Source of the DNA: an uncultured Geobacter sp. | Lineage (GTDB): Bacteria > Desulfobacterota > Desulfuromonadia > Geobacterales > Geobacteraceae | Assembly: GCA_903925075.1 (NCBI GenBank) | Contig: CAIYDQ010000015.1 | Span: 33-64,032 of the forward strand | Direction: 5' to 3' | Length of the DNA: 64,000 nucleotides | Shown: positions 9,412 through 18,452 of the stretch, piece after piece | Numbering within the stretch: position 1 is the first letter of the stretch | Layout: every line of letters begins with the position of its first letter | The notes under the pieces: model-generated | Told to the model about the DNA's origin: nothing | Seen by the model: the letters and a program-made list of their open reading frames with translations, nothing else | Database searches by the model: none | Program-made: the position numbers and the translations under genes

Positions 9412-9495
9412 CTACTCAACCGTTACTTACGTCGTCTAGTACTCAACGCGTTGCCTACGTCGTCTACTATTTAACTGTTACCGCTACGTCGTCTA
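9412..9495. repeat. Three degenerate tandem copies (27-29 bp) of the 3' end of the S53 gene, including its stop
   Basis: The units end in ..CTACGTCGTCTA at 9438, 9466 and 9495. Unit 3 (9467-9495) is the real stop plus the last codons (..IDDVAVTVK*). Confidence 0.8.
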
Positions 9496-12058
9496 TGTAC
9501 ATGTTGTAACCCGCCGCGCTGGTCGCCAACGCCCCCACCTGCAAGCTCTGTCCGATGTAGGCGCTTATATCCACGCTCACCTGGGACCAGCCGGAGGTGC
9601 CGTTGTAGCGCGACACCGATGCGCCCACGTTCGCCCAACTGCTGCCGTTGAGCGAGACCTGGGGCTGCAGGCGATCGTTGTTGGCCGGACGGTTCAGGTC
9701 GTGGAAAAACCAGAAGGAAAGCGTGGCGCTCTTGGCGGCGCCGGGAACGGCCACCTTGGTGCCGCTGTAGACGCGCATCTGGTTGCCGCTGGGCGCCGTG
9801 TACGAGTTGAACTGCGCCATCACCGTGCCGCTATGGGGCGCGGCGGTGGGGTTCGTACCGGAGGATGCCAGGGACCATTTCCCCGCGCTGCCGGCCACGC
9901 TGGCCGCGTACCAGGTATCGTTGAAGCTGCTGCTGTAGACGGTGCTCGCTTGAATGACGATCGGCACCTGCACCGAGTGGCTGATGGCGCCGGCGGTGGC
10001 CGTGACGGTGAGGTAGCTGGTGCCGACTGCGGCGCCGGCGGCAAGGTTCAGGGTAAGGGTGGCGCTGCCGGTGCCCGGAGCCGCTATCGAGGTGGGAGCG
10101 AAGCTGCCGGTGACTCCCGCGGGAAGGCCGGACACGCTGAACGCCACGGCTGAGTTGAAACCGCCGGAACCGGCGGTGGTGAGCTTGACGCTGCCGGTGC
10201 TCCCCTGGAGCAGCGCCGCCGGGGTGGTGGCGCTGAGGGAGAAATCGGCGAGCGCCACGCTGGTGGCGCTCCAGTTGTTGAGAAGCGCATTGGCGTCCAC
10301 CGAGCCAAGGCCGGTGGCCAGGTCGTAGCCGGCAGCGCCGGCAAAGCCGGTCACGCCGGGGACGCTGTTGTTCCCCGAGACCACGTCGTGAAAGACGCTC
10401 GTCCCGCCCGAGGCGTACTGGCTGCTGGCCAGCTGGTAGAGCCGGGCGTTGACGTTACCCTGCCGCTGCCCGGTTTTCTGAACCAAAAGCGCCATCAATC
10501 CTGCGAAAGAAGGAGCGGCCGCGGAGGTCCCGCCGACGCTGGACAGGGTGCCGCCGGTGACGATCAGATAGGAGTCGTGCCCCGCCGCCGAGAGCGCGAC
10601 GTCGGGGAGGTCCCGCCGTCCGTCCTGCGGCACGCCCGGCGCCGTCTGCCAGGTCGGCTTGACGTAGACCTGGGAAACGCCGCCGCCGGTGGCCCACAGG
10701 CCGCTGCCTCCGGTCACGCTGCCGCTTTCGTTCCAGGCCACCTCCGGGATATAGCCCAGAGCCGAGGTGTCGGAGCTTGAGTTGACCGAATTCCAGTAGG
10801 TCCCGCCCCCCTCGCTGAACTGGGTGCCGCCGACCGCCACGTTGAACGGCGTGGAGGCCAGACCGTTCACCCCTTTTCCCGAACCGGTGGCGCCCGACGG
10901 ATCGGAACAGCCGGCGGCCCCGGAGTCGCCGGTCGAGACCAGCACCGTGATCCCCTGCGCGGCCGCCTGCGACCAGAGGTTGTTGTAAAAGGCGTTCTCG
11001 GACGCCCCCATGTCCGATTCGCAGCTTCCGAAACTGAGGCTCATCACGGGCGCCAGGTTGTTGGCGACGATGTACTGGGCGGAAAGGTCGACCCCGTCGG
11101 TGCTGTTGGTGGACTTGGAGGTGACGAACTTGACGGTGGCGTTCTTCGCCACAGCGCCCGACCACTCCACATCGAGATTGGCTTCCGTGTCCTCGCCGCT
11201 TCCCAGGTCGCCCGGGTCGGGTCCGTTGACGATCACCTGGGGAGCGTTGGCGGGGAGCCCCATCTTGCTGCGGAAACTCGACCAGTTGGTGCTCGCCGGA
11301 TGGGTGCGTCCCACGATGGCGATGCTCTGGCCGGTGCCGTCCAGCCCCGCGCTGTAGAGCGGGTTCAGGTTGTAGATGGCGGCGAAGTCGCCGGGGGCGA
11401 GATAGTGGGACGAGCCGGAGGTGTAGTTGGGAACGGCGTCGTTGGAGGCGAACGGCTTGGCGCCGTTGTGCTTGGTCCGGCGCGGGATGTTGTGCAGACT
11501 GACGATGCCGGAAACGAGATCCGAGAGTCCCCTGGGGATGGACGGGTCGCTCCCGTTGGCGTTATAGGTCTTGTCCCCGACCCTGATCATCGCGATGTTG
11601 GTCTTGAAGGTCCGCTCCACCCTGGAGACGTCGCCTGAGAAATTGATCCAGGTCCGACTTTTGGCCACCGACTCCACCTGGAAGCCGTGCGAGCTGAGCC
11701 ACGCGGTAACCGCCGAGACGTCCTCCACCGAGGGTCCGAACTGGGCGCCGAACTCATCCGGCGTCAGCCAGCGGTGATAGTCGGCGGAGGCCGGGTTGTG
11801 CAGATCCTTGAGGAACGCGGCCAGCGCCGCCTGTTTGCCGGCGGGCACCTGCAACGACATGATCATATGCTCCATCGGCAGAGAGGTCGGGGCGTAGCCG
11901 GCCCGGGCTCCGAGGCGCGCCAGAGGATGGGTGTTTCTCTGTAGCACCACCGTGTCGTTGTCGTCGATAAAGCGGCCCATGCCTGCGAACGCCTGCAGCG
12001 CGCAGAGCAGCGAAACCGCCCATACCACCAGTGTCAAGCCGGATGCCTTTCTGAACAT
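9467..12058 (-). CDS. Secreted S53 (sedolisin/kumamolisin-like) serine peptidase with a pro-domain and a long C-terminal Ig-like / beta-sandwich extension
   Basis: Signal peptide MFRKASGLTLVVWAVSLLCALQAFA and a pro-kumamolisin-like N-terminal region. Acidic catalytic region ..SGEDTEANLDVEW.. and catalytic Ser motif SVGGTSAAAPSFAG. About 270 further residues are rich in T/S/A/G beta-strand repeats. Confidence 0.8.
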   Translation of the reverse strand: MFRKASGLTLVVWAVSLLCALQAFAGMGRFIDDNDTVVLQRNTHPLARLGARAGYAPTSLPMEHMIMSLQVPAGKQAALAAFLKDLHNPASADYHRWLTPDEFGAQFGPSVEDVSAVTAWLSSHGFQVESVAKSRTWINFSGDVSRVERTFKTNIAMIRVGDKTYNANGSDPSIPRGLSDLVSGIVSLHNIPRRTKHNGAKPFASNDAVPNYTSGSSHYLAPGDFAAIYNLNPLYSAGLDGTGQSIAIVGRTHPASTNWSSFRSKMGLPANAPQVIVNGPDPGDLGSGEDTEANLDVEWSGAVAKNATVKFVTSKSTNSTDGVDLSAQYIVANNLAPVMSLSFGSCESDMGASENAFYNNLWSQAAAQGITVLVSTGDSGAAGCSDPSGATGSGKGVNGLASTPFNVAVGGTQFSEGGGTYWNSVNSSSDTSALGYIPEVAWNESGSVTGGSGLWATGGGVSQVYVKPTWQTAPGVPQDGRRDLPDVALSAAGHDSYLIVTGGTLSSVGGTSAAAPSFAGLMALLVQKTGQRQGNVNARLYQLASSQYASGGTSVFHDVVSGNNSVPGVTGFAGAAGYDLATGLGSVDANALLNNWSATSVALADFSLSATTPAALLQGSTGSVKLTTAGSGGFNSAVAFSVSGLPAGVTGSFAPTSIAAPGTGSATLTLNLAAGAAVGTSYLTVTATAGAISHSVQVPIVIQASTVYSSSFNDTWYAASVAGSAGKWSLASSGTNPTAAPHSGTVMAQFNSYTAPSGNQMRVYSGTKVAVPGAAKSATLSFWFFHDLNRPANNDRLQPQVSLNGSSWANVGASVSRYNGTSGWSQVSVDISAYIGQSLQVGALATSAAGYNMYIDDVAVTVK

Positions 12059-12133
12059 GCCTTTCTCCTTGCGGTTCCTTCCCCGAGGGGACGAAGTGAG
12101 GCGAGAGCCTCGTTAACCCAAAAACGTAAATCC

Positions 12134-12162
12134 TCACCGCAAAGACGCCAAGAACGCGAAGG
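12134..12162 (-). repeat. CGCGAAG-type dispersed repeat (family member, inverted orientation)
   Basis: The reverse complement CCTTCGCGTTCTTGGCGTCTTTGCGGTGA matches the copies at 32514, 58112 and 60370. Confidence 0.75.
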
Positions 12163-12242
12163 AATTCAGATACCTGCAAGGGGTGAAGATTAGAACGATT
12201 TCTGCTGAAGAGCTTGTTTGTGACTATTTGGTTTTTCTCTGT

Positions 12243-12270
12243 GAACGTCGCGTTTTCGCGGTTCAAACGC
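12243..12270 (+). repeat. CGCGAAG-type dispersed repeat (shorter member)
   Basis: GAACGTCGCGTTTTCGCGGTTCAAACGC shares the ..TTCGCGGTTCAAA.GC end with the other copies. Confidence 0.6.
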
Positions 12271-12539
12271 CTTGGCCGCCTCGACCTGGTCAATATGGCC
12301 GTTATCGGCAAAAAACGACGCTACTTTAGGTAAATAGAGAGGCTGCCGACGGAGAAGGGGCGAAAAAGACGGGGCCGACGGGAATCGGAGGAGAGAGTTA
12401 AAAAAGTAATTATTATGGAAGGCTCAAAGTGATCACGGCGGTCTGCGGGAACGCGCCGTAGCCCGAGGTAATCATTCGGATATCGCTCGATTGAGGGAAA
12501 ACCGGCAGCATGAGTGGAGATGGTAGTTTCATGAGCTTA

Positions 12540-13319
12540 TTATTTAAATAAAATTTGCTCATCCGTATAGTACGTCTTCTTCGAGGCGATCTGTTCGACG
12601 ATGATGGGGCCGCCGGAAGGCGAGGTTTTGGCTTTCGGGTTGTGCACGGCCAGGAAGTCGCGCACCTCCCCCGCGGTGATGCCGGGGTGATGCTTCCTTA
12701 AATAGTCGGTCGCCTGCTTGAGCACCGAAGGGATGGCTAAAGCCAGCTTGGCTACCACGTCTTTAGGGATCTTACCGACCAGCGACTTCGGCGAGATTTT
12801 CGCCTGCCACAAGATCTCGTCGGCGTAGGCGTTGCCGATCCCGGCAATCGACTGCTGGTCGAGTAAAAACGACTTAACCACCGTTTTTGGTTTCTTGTCG
12901 AACATCCCCTCCAGGTATTCCCGGGTGACGTCGAGCGCGTCCGGGGCGCGTTCGCTCAGGTCGGGATTGAGGGCGACCTTCAGCCACCCCTTGGGATCGA
13001 AGGCAACCAGCGCCTGGCCGTCGTTAAAAAGGAGCGTCAAGACGGCGAAAGCTACCTGCTCTTGCCGTTGAGAGCATCTGAATCCCCCGGTAAGCATCAG
13101 GTGGATCAGCACGCTCTCGCCGCTGTCCAGTTTGAACAGCAGCTCCTTGCCGACCCGCTCCACGGCGGTGAGCTTGCGCCCCTGCATGGCTGCGGCGAGC
13201 GCCTGCGGCTCGGCGTTGGCCTGCTGTTTCCGGTCATACACCACCCGCTCGATCCGCTTGCCCAGCACGAGCTTTTGCAAAGACTCCGCGAATACGGTCA
13301 AATCGGGCAATTCAGGCAT
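12540..13319 (-). CDS. Fpg/Nei family DNA glycosylase/AP lyase (no obvious C-terminal zinc finger)
   Basis: N-terminus MPELPDLTVF.. has the catalytic Pro2/Glu3, and the H2TH-like region reads ..LLDQQSIAGIGNAYADEILWQAKI... There is no CxxC..CxxC at the C-terminus. Confidence 0.8.
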   Translation of the reverse strand: MPELPDLTVFAESLQKLVLGKRIERVVYDRKQQANAEPQALAAAMQGRKLTAVERVGKELLFKLDSGESVLIHLMLTGGFRCSQRQEQVAFAVLTLLFNDGQALVAFDPKGWLKVALNPDLSERAPDALDVTREYLEGMFDKKPKTVVKSFLLDQQSIAGIGNAYADEILWQAKISPKSLVGKIPKDVVAKLALAIPSVLKQATDYLRKHHPGITAGEVRDFLAVHNPKAKTSPSGGPIIVEQIASKKTYYTDEQILFK

Positions 13320-13333
13320 GTCACTCTCCTTGT

Positions 13334-13690
13334 TCAACCCCGCGCCAGCAGAAGCCAGACGAGCGCGGCGCAGTTAACGACAACGGTGATCCGGAACAGC
13401 CGTTGGAACGATGGTTTCCTGGATTTGTGGCGCAGCACGCTTTGCCCGAGCAAAGCGCCGGGCCAGCCGCCGATCAGGCCAAGCAACTGCAGGGTCTTCT
13501 CCCGGGTTCGCCGCCGCCCGTTCAGCGCGGCCGACTTGTCGACGGCATAAAAGGCGAAGGTTATCATACTGGCGGCCAGGTAAAGGTCAAGCACCAAGGG
13601 AGGAAGCTTGCCCGCGACGACCGAGGCCGCGACCAGGCAGACAAAGAGTATGGCAAAGATAGACAACGCTTCAGAACCTCCCCACCACAT
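13334..13690 (-). CDS. DUF1294 family membrane protein
   Basis: ..FAFYAVDKSAALNGRRRTREKTLQLLGLIGGWPGALLGQSVLRHKSRKPSF.. is the characteristic DUF1294 core. Confidence 0.75.
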   Translation of the reverse strand: MWWGGSEALSIFAILFVCLVAASVVAGKLPPLVLDLYLAASMITFAFYAVDKSAALNGRRRTREKTLQLLGLIGGWPGALLGQSVLRHKSRKPSFQRLFRITVVVNCAALVWLLLARG

Positions 13691-13712
13691 CAGCTACCAG
13701 TTGTGCCCATCT

Positions 13713-13803
13713 GTAGGTTGTGTGGAACAGTTTCATCGTGATGCGCGACGTTGCGACCATGGCTCCGTTGCGACGTCGCGTTTCGTACCTCAACGCGACC
13801 TAC
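13713..13803 (+). repeat. REP-pair (BIME-like) palindromic element, 91 bp
   Basis: It begins GTAGGTTGTGTGG.. and ends ..CAACGCGACCTAC. Each arm is itself a hairpin (GTCGCGTT-loop-AACGCGAC type). Mismatches in the left arm are all G:T wobbles on this strand. Confidence 0.85.
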
Positions 13804-13990
13804 GTAACTCCCCCGTGCCTTTCGGCTTATCAACAAAATCTTTGACACCGCCGCGGATCTCCATGTATTTCTTGCGCTTCCGCTTTCGAGTTGAGGGCGG
13901 CCTTGACCGGCGCCCAGAGCAACGGCGTGGCAGCCTAACACATTTGCCGCCGAATATCACCCGAAGGTTCCCTGTGAACTTCGCCCTTCC

Positions 13991-14081
13991 GTAGGTCGTG
14001 TTGAACGGCTTCATCGTGAAACGCGACATTGCCACCGTGGCGCCATTGCGACGTCGCGTTTCGTACCTGAACGCGACCTAC
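13991..14081 (+). repeat. REP-pair (BIME-like) palindromic element, 91 bp, second copy
   Basis: GTAGGTCGTGTTGAACGGCTTCATCGTGAAACGCGAC....GTCGCGTTTCGTACCTGAACGCGACCTAC. Same length and architecture as 13713-13803, 187 bp downstream of it. Confidence 0.85.
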
Positions 14082-14199
14082 GGAAATAGCCGCTGAAGCG
14101 TTATTTTTGTGTTCTATTTCCCGTGCAATTGCTGTATTTTAGCGGCGCTGCAAAAAGCGATGGGCCGGGCTAAACCACTATTTTACGGAGGGGACGAAA

Positions 14200-15327
14200 A
14201 TGGGCATACGGACTTTAAGAAAGTTCATGGCGGCGGCGCTTTTGTCGGGTTGTCTGGCCGCGGCGCAAGGGGCGGCCGCCGACACCATCAAGATCGCGGT
14301 GGCGGGGCCGCATACCGGCAGCAGCGCCTCGGTCGGCGAGCAGTTCTGGCACGGCGCCACCCAGGCGGCGGCGGACCTGAACGCCGCCGGCGGCATCAAC
14401 GGCAAAAAAATCGAACTGGTGAAGGGCGACGACGCCTGCGAGCCTAAACAGGCGGTGGCCGTGGCCAACCGGCTGGTCGACGTGGACAAGGTGAAGGCGG
14501 TGGTCGGCCACTTTTGCTCCTCCTCCACCCTCCCCGCCTCGGATATCTACGCCGAGGCCGGCATCCTGCAGATGACCCCCGGTTCCACCAATCCCAAGGT
14601 GACCGAACGCGGCATTGCCACCATCTTCCGCATGTGCGGCCGCGACGATCAACAGGGAACCGTGGCCGCCGATTTCGTGGTCAAGCGGCTGAAAGCCAAG
14701 CGGATCGCCCTGATTCACGACAAGGACACCTACGGGCAAGGACTGGTCGACGCCTTCAAATCGCGGATCAACAAGCTCGGCGTCAAAGAGGTGCTCTACG
14801 AGGGGCTGACCCGCGGCGAGAAAGACTTCAACGCCCTGGTCACCAAGGTGAAGGCCGCCAAGGCGGACACCGTGTATTTCGGCGGCCTGCACACCGAGGC
14901 GGGCCCGCTGGTGCGCCAACTGCGCGAGCAGGGGCTGAAGGTCAACTTCATCTCCGGCGACGGCATCAACACGCCGGATCTGGTGACCGCCGCCGGCGGC
15001 AAGCAGTTCGTGGACGGCATCTACATGACCTTCGGCCTGGATGCCCGCAACCTCCCCTCCGGCAAGGAGGTGCTGGAGAAGTTCCGCGCCGCCAAGATCG
15101 AGCCGGAAGGCTACACCCTCTACTCCTACGCCACCTTGCAGGCGATCGCCGCGGCCATGAAAGCGACCAAGAGCACCGACGGCAAGAAACTCGCCGACTG
15201 GCTGCACAAGAACAAGGTGAACACCGTGCTCGGGCCCAAGGAGTGGACCCCCAAGGGCGACATCAAGGTCTCCGACTTCATCATGTACCGCTGGGACGCC
15301 ACCGGCACCGCCAAGGAAGTGAAGTAA
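14200..15327 (+). CDS. livK: Branched-chain amino acid ABC transporter, periplasmic substrate-binding protein
   Basis: Signal peptide, then DTIKIAVAGPHTGSSASVGEQFWHGA..AADLNAAGGINGKKIELV.GDDACEPKQAV (LivK/LivJ family). Confidence 0.92.
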   Translation: MGIRTLRKFMAAALLSGCLAAAQGAAADTIKIAVAGPHTGSSASVGEQFWHGATQAAADLNAAGGINGKKIELVKGDDACEPKQAVAVANRLVDVDKVKAVVGHFCSSSTLPASDIYAEAGILQMTPGSTNPKVTERGIATIFRMCGRDDQQGTVAADFVVKRLKAKRIALIHDKDTYGQGLVDAFKSRINKLGVKEVLYEGLTRGEKDFNALVTKVKAAKADTVYFGGLHTEAGPLVRQLREQGLKVNFISGDGINTPDLVTAAGGKQFVDGIYMTFGLDARNLPSGKEVLEKFRAAKIEPEGYTLYSYATLQAIAAAMKATKSTDGKKLADWLHKNKVNTVLGPKEWTPKGDIKVSDFIMYRWDATGTAKEVK

Positions 15328-15340
15328 CCCGGAGATTCCG

Positions 15341-16258
15341 ATGGAGCTTCACATCTTCGCCCAGCAGCTTTTGAACGGGCTCTCCCTGGGGGCGATCTAC
15401 GGACTGATCGCCATCGGGTACACCATGGTTTACGGCATCATCGGCATGATCAATTTCGCCCACGGCGACGTCTACATGATCTCGGCCTACCTGACCGCGA
15501 TCGCCATGTCGGTGGTGTTTTCCTTCGGCGTCGATTCGGTCCCCTTCGCCCTGCTCATCATCCTGGCGGTGGCCGTGCTGGTCACCGCCGCCTACGGCTG
15601 GGTGATCGAGCGCATCGCCTACCGCCCGCTGCGCGGCTCGACCAGGCTCGCCCCGCTGATCTCGGCGATCGGCATGTCGCTGGTCCTGCAAAGCTACGTG
15701 CAGGTGAGCCAGGGGGCCAGAAACCAGGGGATACCGACCCTGATCAAGGGCTCGCTCAGGATCGGCTCCGATACCAAGTTCGTGCAGATGACCCACATCC
15801 AGTTGCTGATCGTCGCCGTCACCGTCGCCGCCATGGGGGCGTTGACCTTCGTCATCCAGCGCACCTCGCTCGGGCGCCAGTGCCGGGCCACCCAGCAGGA
15901 CCGGAAGATGGCCGGCATCCTCGGCATCGACACCAACCGCATCATCTCCACGGTCTTCGTCATCGGCGCCTCGATGGCGGCGGTGGCCGGGGTGCTGGTT
16001 ACCCTCAACTACGGCTCGTTCGATTTTTCCATCGACTTCATCACCGGCATCAAGGCGTTCACCGCCGCGGTATTGGGCGGCATCGGCTCGCTCCCCGGCG
16101 CCATGCTGGGCGGAGTGATCCTGGGGATGTCCGAGGCGCTCTTTTCCGGGTTCGTCAACACGGACTACAAGGACGTCTTCGCCTTCGTGCTGCTGGTGGT
16201 GGTGCTGATTTTCCGCCCCTCCGGCCTGCTCGGCAAGGCCGAGTTCGAAAAGGTCTGA
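15341..16258 (+). CDS. livH: Branched-chain amino acid ABC transporter permease LivH
   Basis: QQLLNGLSLGAIYGLIAIGYTMVYGIIGMINFAHGD... Polytopic membrane protein. Confidence 0.92.
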   Translation: MELHIFAQQLLNGLSLGAIYGLIAIGYTMVYGIIGMINFAHGDVYMISAYLTAIAMSVVFSFGVDSVPFALLIILAVAVLVTAAYGWVIERIAYRPLRGSTRLAPLISAIGMSLVLQSYVQVSQGARNQGIPTLIKGSLRIGSDTKFVQMTHIQLLIVAVTVAAMGALTFVIQRTSLGRQCRATQQDRKMAGILGIDTNRIISTVFVIGASMAAVAGVLVTLNYGSFDFSIDFITGIKAFTAAVLGGIGSLPGAMLGGVILGMSEALFSGFVNTDYKDVFAFVLLVVVLIFRPSGLLGKAEFEKV

Positions 16259-16261
16259 CGC

Positions 16262-17533
16262 ATGGCGAAACCGGCATCGGCCTTGACCAAATCGCTTCTC
16301 GACGCGCTCTTTAGCGGGGTGCTGGCCCTGGTTGTGCTGGGCCCCATTTCCGGGCTGGTGCTAAACGGCTACCAGGTGCGAAACGAGATGCAGCGCCCGC
16401 TGCTGCTGGCGGCCGCGGTCATGGTCGGGCGCTTCCTTTTCTCCCTGGCGCTCGCAACCGAGCGCGGCAGGTCCTTGTTGGGCGCTCTGTCCGCCCGCGC
16501 TCAGCAAGGGGTGACGGTCGCCGAGGCGTCGCCCCCGCGCAGCCTGCGCCTGGCCACGCCGCTGCTGCTGGCGGCCGGCCTGATCCTTCCCTTTTTCCTG
16601 AGCAAATACTTTTTGACCGTGCTGATCCTGGCGATGATCTACGTCCTGCTCGGCCTGGGGTTGAACATCGTGGTCGGCCTGGCCGGGCTTTTGGATCTGG
16701 GCTACGTCGCCTTCTACGCGGTCGGCGCCTACGGGCTCGCCCTCGGCTCCCAATACCTGCACTTGGGCTTTTGGACCGCCCTTCCCCTGGCCGCCCTTTT
16801 GGCCGCGGCCTGCGGCGGCCTGCTCGGCTTCCCGGTATTGAGGATGCACGGCGACTACCTGGCTATCGTCACCCTGGGCTTCGGCGAGATCATCCGGCTG
16901 GTGCTCAACAACTGGCTCGACTTCACCGGCGGCCCCAACGGCGCCTCGGCCCCGCCGCCGACCCTGTTCGGCCTGGAGTTCAGCCGCGCCGCCAAGTACG
17001 GCGGCACCCCCTTCCACGAATATTTCCACCTGGAGTACAACCCCAACTACAAGTTCATCTTCATCTTCCTCATCCTCTTCGCCGTGGTGAGCCTGATGGT
17101 GCTCTTCGTCGGCCGCCTGAAGCAGATGCCGATGGGGCGGACCTGGGAGGCGCTCAGGGAAGACGAAATCGCCTGCCGGTCGCTGGGGATCAACCACGTC
17201 ACCGTCAAGCTCTCCGCTTTCATGATGGGGGCCATGGTCGGCGGCGTGGCCGGCGTCTTCTTCGCCACCTACCAGGGGTTCATCAATCCGACCTCCTTTT
17301 CCTTCTTCGAAAGCGCGCTGATCCTGGCCATCGTAGTGCTGGGGGGGCTCGGCTCCACGGTCGGCATCGTGCTGGCCGCGCTGGTGTTGACCATTCTCCC
17401 CGAGATGCTGCGGGACTTCGCCGAGTACCGGGTGCTGATCTTCGGCGTCGCCATGGTGCTGATGATGATCTGGCGCCCCCGCGGCCTGATCCGCATCAAG
17501 CGGCGCTCCTTCGACCTGGAGGGGCTCAGGTGA
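16262..17533 (+). CDS. livM: Branched-chain amino acid ABC transporter permease LivM
   Basis: ..GLNIVVGLAGLLDLGYVAFYAVGAY.. Polytopic; its stop overlaps the livG GTG start. Confidence 0.9.
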   Translation: MAKPASALTKSLLDALFSGVLALVVLGPISGLVLNGYQVRNEMQRPLLLAAAVMVGRFLFSLALATERGRSLLGALSARAQQGVTVAEASPPRSLRLATPLLLAAGLILPFFLSKYFLTVLILAMIYVLLGLGLNIVVGLAGLLDLGYVAFYAVGAYGLALGSQYLHLGFWTALPLAALLAAACGGLLGFPVLRMHGDYLAIVTLGFGEIIRLVLNNWLDFTGGPNGASAPPPTLFGLEFSRAAKYGGTPFHEYFHLEYNPNYKFIFIFLILFAVVSLMVLFVGRLKQMPMGRTWEALREDEIACRSLGINHVTVKLSAFMMGAMVGGVAGVFFATYQGFINPTSFSFFESALILAIVVLGGLGSTVGIVLAALVLTILPEMLRDFAEYRVLIFGVAMVLMMIWRPRGLIRIKRRSFDLEGLR

Positions 17534-18417
17534 GCGTCGATCCAATTCATCCCCCTCTGCTCAGCGTGCAGGGCCTGACCATGCGCTTCGGCGGCATCGT
17601 GGCCCTGAAGGAGGTGAGCTTCGACATCCGGCGCGGCTCCATCTCGGCCTTGATCGGACCCAACGGCGCCGGCAAGACCACGGTCTTCAACTGCCTGACC
17701 GGCTTTTACCGCGCAACCGAAGGGGCCATCGCCCTGCATGCCGGCAGACGGAGCGTCGATTTGGTGCGGATCCTGGGGGAGCGCTTTCGGCCCGGCGATT
17801 TCGCCAACCCGGCGCTCTTGGCTTCCCGCCTCTACTACAAGATGTTCGGCGGCTCGCACCAGGTGGCGCGGGCCGGAGTGGCGCGCACCTTCCAGAACAT
17901 CCGTCTCTTCCGGGAGATGACCGTCATCGAGAACCTGCTGGTCGCCCAGCATATGAGAATCAACCGCAACCCGGTCTCCGGACTGTTGCGCAGCGCCGGC
18001 TTCCGCGCCTCCGAGCGCGAGGCGGTGGAGCGCTCCTACGCCTGGCTGAAGGTGTTCGGGTTGGCGGCCGACGCGAACCGGTTGGCGGGCGAGCTTTCCT
18101 ACGGGCGCCAGCGCCGCCTGGAGATAGCGCGCGCCATGTGCACCGGGCCGCGCCTGATCTGCCTGGACGAGCCCGCCGCCGGGCTGAACCCGCAGGAGAC
18201 CGACGAGTTGCGCGACCTGATCCGGACGCTGCGCGACCGGCACGAGGTCACCGTGCTCTTGATCGAGCACGATATGGGGATGGTGATGGGGGTGTCGGAT
18301 CACGTCGTGGTTCTCGATCACGGCGAGGTGATCGCCGAAGGGACGCCGCACACCGTGGAGAACGATCCGGCCGTGCTGACGGCCTACCTGGGCGCCGACT
18401 ACGCTAAAGGCATTTGA
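17530..18417 (+). CDS. livG: Branched-chain amino acid ABC transporter ATP-binding protein LivG
   Basis: LLSVQGLTMRFGGIVALKEVSF.., Walker A GPNGAGKTT, signature LSYGRQRRLEIARA. GTG start in a GTGA overlap with livM. Confidence 0.9.
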   Translation: MSVDPIHPPLLSVQGLTMRFGGIVALKEVSFDIRRGSISALIGPNGAGKTTVFNCLTGFYRATEGAIALHAGRRSVDLVRILGERFRPGDFANPALLASRLYYKMFGGSHQVARAGVARTFQNIRLFREMTVIENLLVAQHMRINRNPVSGLLRSAGFRASEREAVERSYAWLKVFGLAADANRLAGELSYGRQRRLEIARAMCTGPRLICLDEPAAGLNPQETDELRDLIRTLRDRHEVTVLLIEHDMGMVMGVSDHVVVLDHGEVIAEGTPHTVENDPAVLTAYLGADYAKGI

Positions 18418-18452
18418 ACCGCGAAGACGCATTTCGTATGAAAGGTACCGGC

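Noticed and set aside
12059-12320. Possible c-di-GMP or cGAMP (GEMM-type) riboswitch in the long leader of the secreted S53 peptidase
   Set aside because: Geobacter-type genomes often place such riboswitches before secreted proteins. Here I could not find the conserved GGCAAACC...GGGACGCAAAGCC-type core. The CCGCAAAGACGCC string belongs to the CGCGAAG repeat family instead. An Rfam scan would settle it.
13804-13990. Remnant of a RAYT / IS200-like transposase between the two 91-bp REP pairs
   Set aside because: I translated all three minus-strand frames and the plus-strand ORF. They give only short, stop-interrupted or Arg/Lys-rich peptides with no HUH or Y1 motif. No support.
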